A stretch of DNA of 64,000 bases from Eledone cirrhosa (taxonomy: Eukaryota). Positions 41,001 through 64,000 of the stretch are shown here, piece after piece. The notes beneath the pieces were generated by a model. The model did no database searches and was not told the origin of the DNA. It saw nothing but the letters and a program-made list of their open reading frames with translations. Made by a program: the position numbers and the translations under genes. The stretch lies in NCBI GenBank assembly GCA_964016885.1, contig OZ024752.1, forward strand, positions 12,152,001 through 12,216,000, given 5' to 3'. How positions within the stretch are numbered: the first letter of the stretch is position 1; every line of letters begins with the position of its first letter.

Positions 41001-44000
41001 ATCTAGATCGTATATAGATAGGATCTTCATTAGGAAAATAGATAGAAATAGTGTAGGCTGCCTACCTTTTAAAACGGTCGCCTATTCAGATCACAAATTT
41101 GTGATCTGTATGGTCGACCTAGATAAAACGCATAGGTTGGGACCGGGTTACTGGAAGCTGAATATGTCATTTCCGGCACGTAAGGCTTACAGGGACCGAG
41201 TCAACAATTTAGTTAAGCAAAAGTTAACACGGGGGATCATCAACAACAGATGGTGGGGAGTTCAGCAAAGAACTAGCGCGCCAGAGAAAAATAGAAAAGA
41301 GGGGGAGCTGGTAGATAAGTTAGACGAGGCTATTTGTAGTGACATTGCAACTGACGTGATAGCGGCGAGAATGGCATTAGATCATTTCTTCAATGCGAAA
41401 CACGAAGGTTGCATTGTCAGAGCTAAAGCCCGTCCGCTGAGAAAATAGGGAACCAAAGATGTTCAATGGGCCCGAATAAAACCACAATTTGGTCTTTGGC
41501 GGACCGAGGCGGACATGAGATAAGCGATTCCAAGCGAATGTGTGAGGCCTTTCGCCAGCACTTTGCTCGGTTGTTCGGGGAGAGTGGCGGGTCAGAGAGA
41601 GTAGCGGATTTCAGTCCCTACCTTGACGGCTTGCCGCGCATCTCGACAGTCGACGCTGAGCGCTCCGAAAGGCCGATTACTTCAGCCGAAATTCAGGACG
41701 CCCTTGTCGGCTGCATGAGGCGCAAGTCACCCGGTTTGGATGGGCTGCCCTACGAGCTTTACGTAAATATGCCAGACTTGTTCTCCTATCTCCTCGAAGC
41801 GGTCTACTGCAACTGGCAGCAGAATGGGAGTATTCCCAGTTCTGTGAGCAGGGTAGTGGTGACGCTGATAAGGAAAGACGAGAACAAGAGGGATACATTA
41901 TATCACTTCAGGCCCATAACTCTGCTCAACACAAAGTTTAAGATTTTGGCCAAGGTGTTAGCAAAGAGATTGGCGCTTGTCGTCGAGGATTTGGTTGGGG
42001 AGGTGCAAACTTGCGCAATCCCAGCCAGGTCCATACACGACAATCTCCACCTCATGCGATACATCATAGAGAGGGTAGGGTGTAAACCTGGCTTCGGTGG
42101 GGCACTAATCAATTTAGATCAATCGAAAGCATCTGATAGGGTCGACCATCGGTATCTGGAGGCTGTCCTCAAAGCGGCTGGCTTCGGCCCTCTCTTCAGA
42201 AGCTGGACCGCTGCAATGCACAGCGGTACATGCTCGGTGGTCAAGGTCAATGGCCACCTCTTGGAACCATTTCGGCTCTCCCGATCGGTCCGTCAAGAGT
42301 GCCTTCTCTCTTCCCTTCTGTACGTATTGACTCTCGAGCCTTTACTACGGAAGCTGGAGCTGTTGCATGGCATCCCGCTCGAACCGGGACGTGGAAGGGC
42401 TGTGTCGGCTTATGCGGGCGACATTACCGTGATGGTGTCGGACACCGCAGAAATCGAGGTGGTCGGCAACTTATTGGAGGAATATGAAAGGTTGACGGGA
42501 GAAAAACTTAACCCGGAAAAGTCGGTGGGCTTGCAACTCGGCACCTGGAGAGGCAAGTCCATGCCGTCCAACAGCGTCGTTGGGCGCTGGACGGACGGAC
42601 CGGTAAAGTTGCTCGGGGTTTGGTTCGGGCCAGACCTCCAGGTGGATAAGAATTGGGACGAGGTAACGAGCAGGGTAGCCAGTCTCATCCATAAATGGGC
42701 TGCGAGGAAGCTATCACTGAAAGGCTGCGCGGAGGTGGCGAATGCGTACATCGCGTCCGTCATCTACTACCGCCTGACCGTCGTGCCTTGCCCCCATCCG
42801 CGCCTCGTCAAGTTGGAATGGCTCCTCTTCAAATTCAAGTTCCGTTGGTGAGGCGATCCATCTGCTGCCAGCACCTTCTACACGGAGGGCTGGGCATGCC
42901 GTGGCTAATGATGCGCAGACATGCGCTGAGACTGTGACATCTCCAGATATTCTGCCTCAACGGTGAACAGGTGTGGTTTATCAGACGGGCTCTTCCGCAG
43001 CTCGTTTCTTTGACTGAGCTGCAGTCCTGGGTCAAGAAGAGACCGAGACTGGGTGAGTGGCACCTGGAATGTTGCCAGGCACTCACTGCCCTCTACCAAG
43101 CGGGCAATGCGATCAGTGGAACTTCCACTCTCAAGTTCTATAGAGGATTAGTGGTGGGCGAGTGCGATGACACTCTCGGAGAGGCTTTGGGCCTTGACGA
43201 AGTCGAACTGACCAGTCTGTTCCGGAGGACTTTCGAACCGGGGACGATGGACATCCCTCGCTTGGCAGTGCTACCGGGGGGCACTGCCGGTTCGGGATAA
43301 ACTCTACAGGAACGGAAGTGCTGTCAGACGGACCTGTCCAAGATGCGCACAGAGCGACGAAACCGTTCTGCACGCACTTGTCCAATGTCCGTGTATTACT
43401 GACTTGTGGAGTTATGTTGAACAGCTACTGTCGCGCGTAGAACGGACCCAGCTACCGGCCGAGTCCATAGTGAAGATTGACCCGCCGCCTTCCTTTGGTC
43501 AGGAAGAGCAGGCAATTTTCCTCTGTCTGGTGGCAGTTGCGAAAGAGGTTGTATGGTGGACCAGGTTGAAAGGACTGAAGACAGACACTTTTCTCTTCGG
43601 CCAATCCTTCATCAACTTCTTCAAGTTTCACCTGGAAAGGCAGGTGAGGGTGGAGAGAGAAGTGCTGCCCCCCCCCCCCCCTAGTGTACATTTGCTAAAA
43701 GGTGGATGAATGTGGCGAGAATGGCCCGTGTGAATGGGCCTACTCTGACCATGCGCCTATAGGCTAGCTAACTTGAGGAGAGGGGTGCTCTCCCTGGGTG
43801 CACTAGAAGCGCAGGGTGGTTCAGGATTGGTGGGGTACCTGAGTCACCCCTGGGTCATCCCCCCCCCTATAGGGGAGTTTATTTATTTTGTTATATTTAT
43901 ACATAGTTTATTTTAAATTTGTATATCTTCATTGTTAAATTAGTCTTGCCATTCTGCACTTTTACTCGACCTTATTGTAAACTCCCACTGTCCCTGTCTT

Positions 44001-44064
44001 TGTATTGTCCCCTACATGTCGGCCCTTGAGGCCAATAAATGAAATCATTATTATTATTATTATT
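38098..44064 (+). mobile_element. Near full-length Tx1/L1-clade non-LTR retrotransposon, pseudogenised
   Basis: ORF1 pieces 38333-40433 carry a degenerate zinc knuckle (xFVCGEATHLQAFC). ORF2 from 40463 has APE motifs (GSLNVRGL, SET, YIDRI, SDH), RT motifs (SPGLDG, RPITLLN, DQSKASDRV, AYAGD) and a C-terminal CPRC...ETVLHALVQC. It ends AATAAA + (ATT)n. Confidence 0.92.
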
Positions 44065-44222
44065 TGTGCCGTCCTGTATTGTCTTTAATATTTTACTTTG
44101 TGTCAACCCTTGTGGTTAATAAAGAAAGCATTAACTTTGCCTTTCATCCTTACGGGGTCGATAAAATAAAGTACCAGTAATGCACTGGCATAATTGCTGG
44201 CCTTGTGCCTAAAGTAGAAACA

Positions 44223-44267
<45 letters not shown>

Positions 44268-46418
44268 GGCGACCTACGTAGGAAATCGTATTATCGTGAG
44301 CTCCACAAAGGTTTGTTGTTTTCAGTTGTTTCAAATTGCCAGTTATAGAAAATATTTGTTGTTAAGTGTTTATAAGTTCACATATATTGCTTTCTGAAAA
44401 GGACACTCAATAATATTGGGGCCTTGAGCCCAAAATTCAAACTTTTTATTTATCAAACAAAATATTTCTTTGAAAAAAAAACATGGACGACAAATCTCCT
44501 GTTTCTAACATACTAACATCCCCCACCACCCCCACGGGGTGGTGGGGGATGTTAGTATGTTAGAAACAGACAGACATGGATTTCCCACCATTACCAACAA
44601 CTACAGGTGTTAAAGCCGCCATCCCCACCTTCATAATGTCAAAAAGAACAACCAACATCCCTGATACCACCACCACCACCACAGCGACAACAGAAACAAA
44701 AAATAAATTATTATCTCGTGACATCGAAATGGATTCACCCAGAATCGACTCTTCCACGCCGAACACCACTGACACCACCACCACTACCACCACAACTGAA
44801 ACTAAAAATAACAATAAAAACAAGAGCAACAACCACAACAATGAGAATAACAACAACAACCTCAACACCAGCGCAAAACAAAATGTGTGGTTTGCCAAAG
44901 CAGCCAAGAAAAGCGAAACAATCGAGGTAAGCCGGGATGAATTGAATGAAGCCAAGCGAATGGTAAAAAAAGATGGGTACAGGGTCAGTCCCCCCCCCCC
45001 CCATCTAATAACATGGAGCATCGGCGCCTATGCCCCGTGTCATATCGGACGATAAACACAAAATCACGCTGAGTGGAACGGGCATCCGAGTCCCAGATAA
45101 AAAAAGGTTTGGGACATGTGTGGGCGCAAAAAACCCACATCAGACGTGGGCAGAAATATGGAACCGGGGACGTGTTCTTTGGAACCCTATTATAAGCCAG
45201 AGACTCTATGGCGCCATTAAGAAGTGAGTTCACACGCGTCCCAAGCTATTGTGGTCAGAGACTCGTGAAGATCAGGGTGAGCTACGTTCCGCCGGCCATT
45301 GAAATTACATCGCTAATGGCTGCTGTCCTCGCCGACATCGAGGCCAACACTAAAGTAATTGAGGTAATAAAAGTAAAGCAGGAGAACCGGTCCAGATCTG
45401 GGATGGAGCTCCTGATCCAAGCGGACCAAAAATACATAGAAGAAATTCCAGAGGTGATAGACCTCAATGACGGCAGCCACCTCACCGTAATCGTTGAGGG
45501 TAGAAGGCCTAGGTGTGTCGTTTGTGGTGAAGGAACCCACCTAAAGGCTTTCTGCCCTCAGGCTAAAAAGTTGAGACTACCTCTCCTACCCACCCCAGTG
45601 ACTCAACCATCAAAACCAGCAGCAGAAATGGCAGCAACAACCCCAGCAACTGTAGCAGCAACAGTAGCAAAACCAACACTGCACCACTCACCGCGTCAGA
45701 ATTAGCACCAGCGTCTCCACCATCCACCACGCCACAACCAAAACCAACGTCTGTGGAGGGTTTTCCATTCCCCGACTTATCGCAACTGGAGACAAATTGT
45801 GACGACGAGGAAGAGTGGGAAACTGTATCTGGAAAAAAGAAGAAAAAAAAGAACCCCAAAAAGAAAAAAATCCTTTTCCTTGCCCCTCCAAAAACAAAAT
45901 GCAGGGTGAAACAAACAAACAAACTAACAAAAAAGTTAAGACAGCTATGCCACCAGCCACACCACCATCACCACAAACACCAACACCATCACCATCATTA
46001 ACCCCAACACAACCATCACCATCACCACAAAAATCACCAACAAGCGAAACAGAAACAAACCCACAACAATCGCAAACAAAACAAAGCAACCAAAACGATA
46101 CACACTACACAGCATTAAATTTGAATAACAGCCAATTATTACATCCAACACAACACCAGAATCACACCCCAAAATTTCACACCACCTTCACACATACAAA
46201 TCATTCGCATCACACAGCAAACGTACACGACACTAAAACAAAAATTCCCCAAGGACATCGGAGACTTCCGACAGGAGAATTTATAAAGACATCCTTCCGG
46301 AGGAGGCCACAAGCAGTGAGAAGGACGGAAAAATCATCCTTCCTCCACGAGAAGTGAGGTAAGTGGTCTTTCCCATCTTTTTCCACTCCTTTTCAACATG
46401 ACCTCACTCAGAATAGGC

Positions 46419-46420
<2 letters not shown>
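44268..46420 (+). mobile_element. Second, related Tx1/L1 element: 5' UTR + ORF1 + first 7 codons of ORF2, cut by the duplication breakpoint
   Basis: VKIRVSYVPP...GMELLIQ...EGRRPRCVVCGEGTHLKAFCP (CCHC). ORF2 start MTSLRIG at 46398 parallels MAILRVG of the first element. Confidence 0.88.

Positions 46421-64000
<17,580 letters not shown>

Overview
AT-rich, microsatellite-saturated animal DNA. The SINE, LINE and microsatellite content suggests a mollusc, probably an octopus; this is inference. Two host genes are visible. (1) The last three coding exons of a villin/advillin-type gene (+, 1795-5200), ending in a headpiece domain. (2) A GT11 alpha-1,2-fucosyltransferase with a mucin-like 18-aa tandem-repeat stem. 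It occurs twice, convergently, because 19559-37506 and 46419-64000 are the arms of a near-identical inverted duplication (at least 17.5 kb, running off the window) around an 8.9-kb spacer filled with Tx1/L1 retrotransposons. The two fucosyltransferase copies have identical translations except for stem repeat number (14 vs 6). The rest is transposon debris: hAT, CR1-group LINE, Helitron helicase, Tc1/mariner, CRE-type, RTE, Tx1 and SINEs. There is also a dense set of fold-back, (TA)n-embedded Penelope-like remnants carrying GIY-YIG fragments and at least four families of minimal type I hammerhead ribozyme motifs, some with non-canonical cores. Most listed ORFs are microsatellite noise. All alignments and folds were done by eye.
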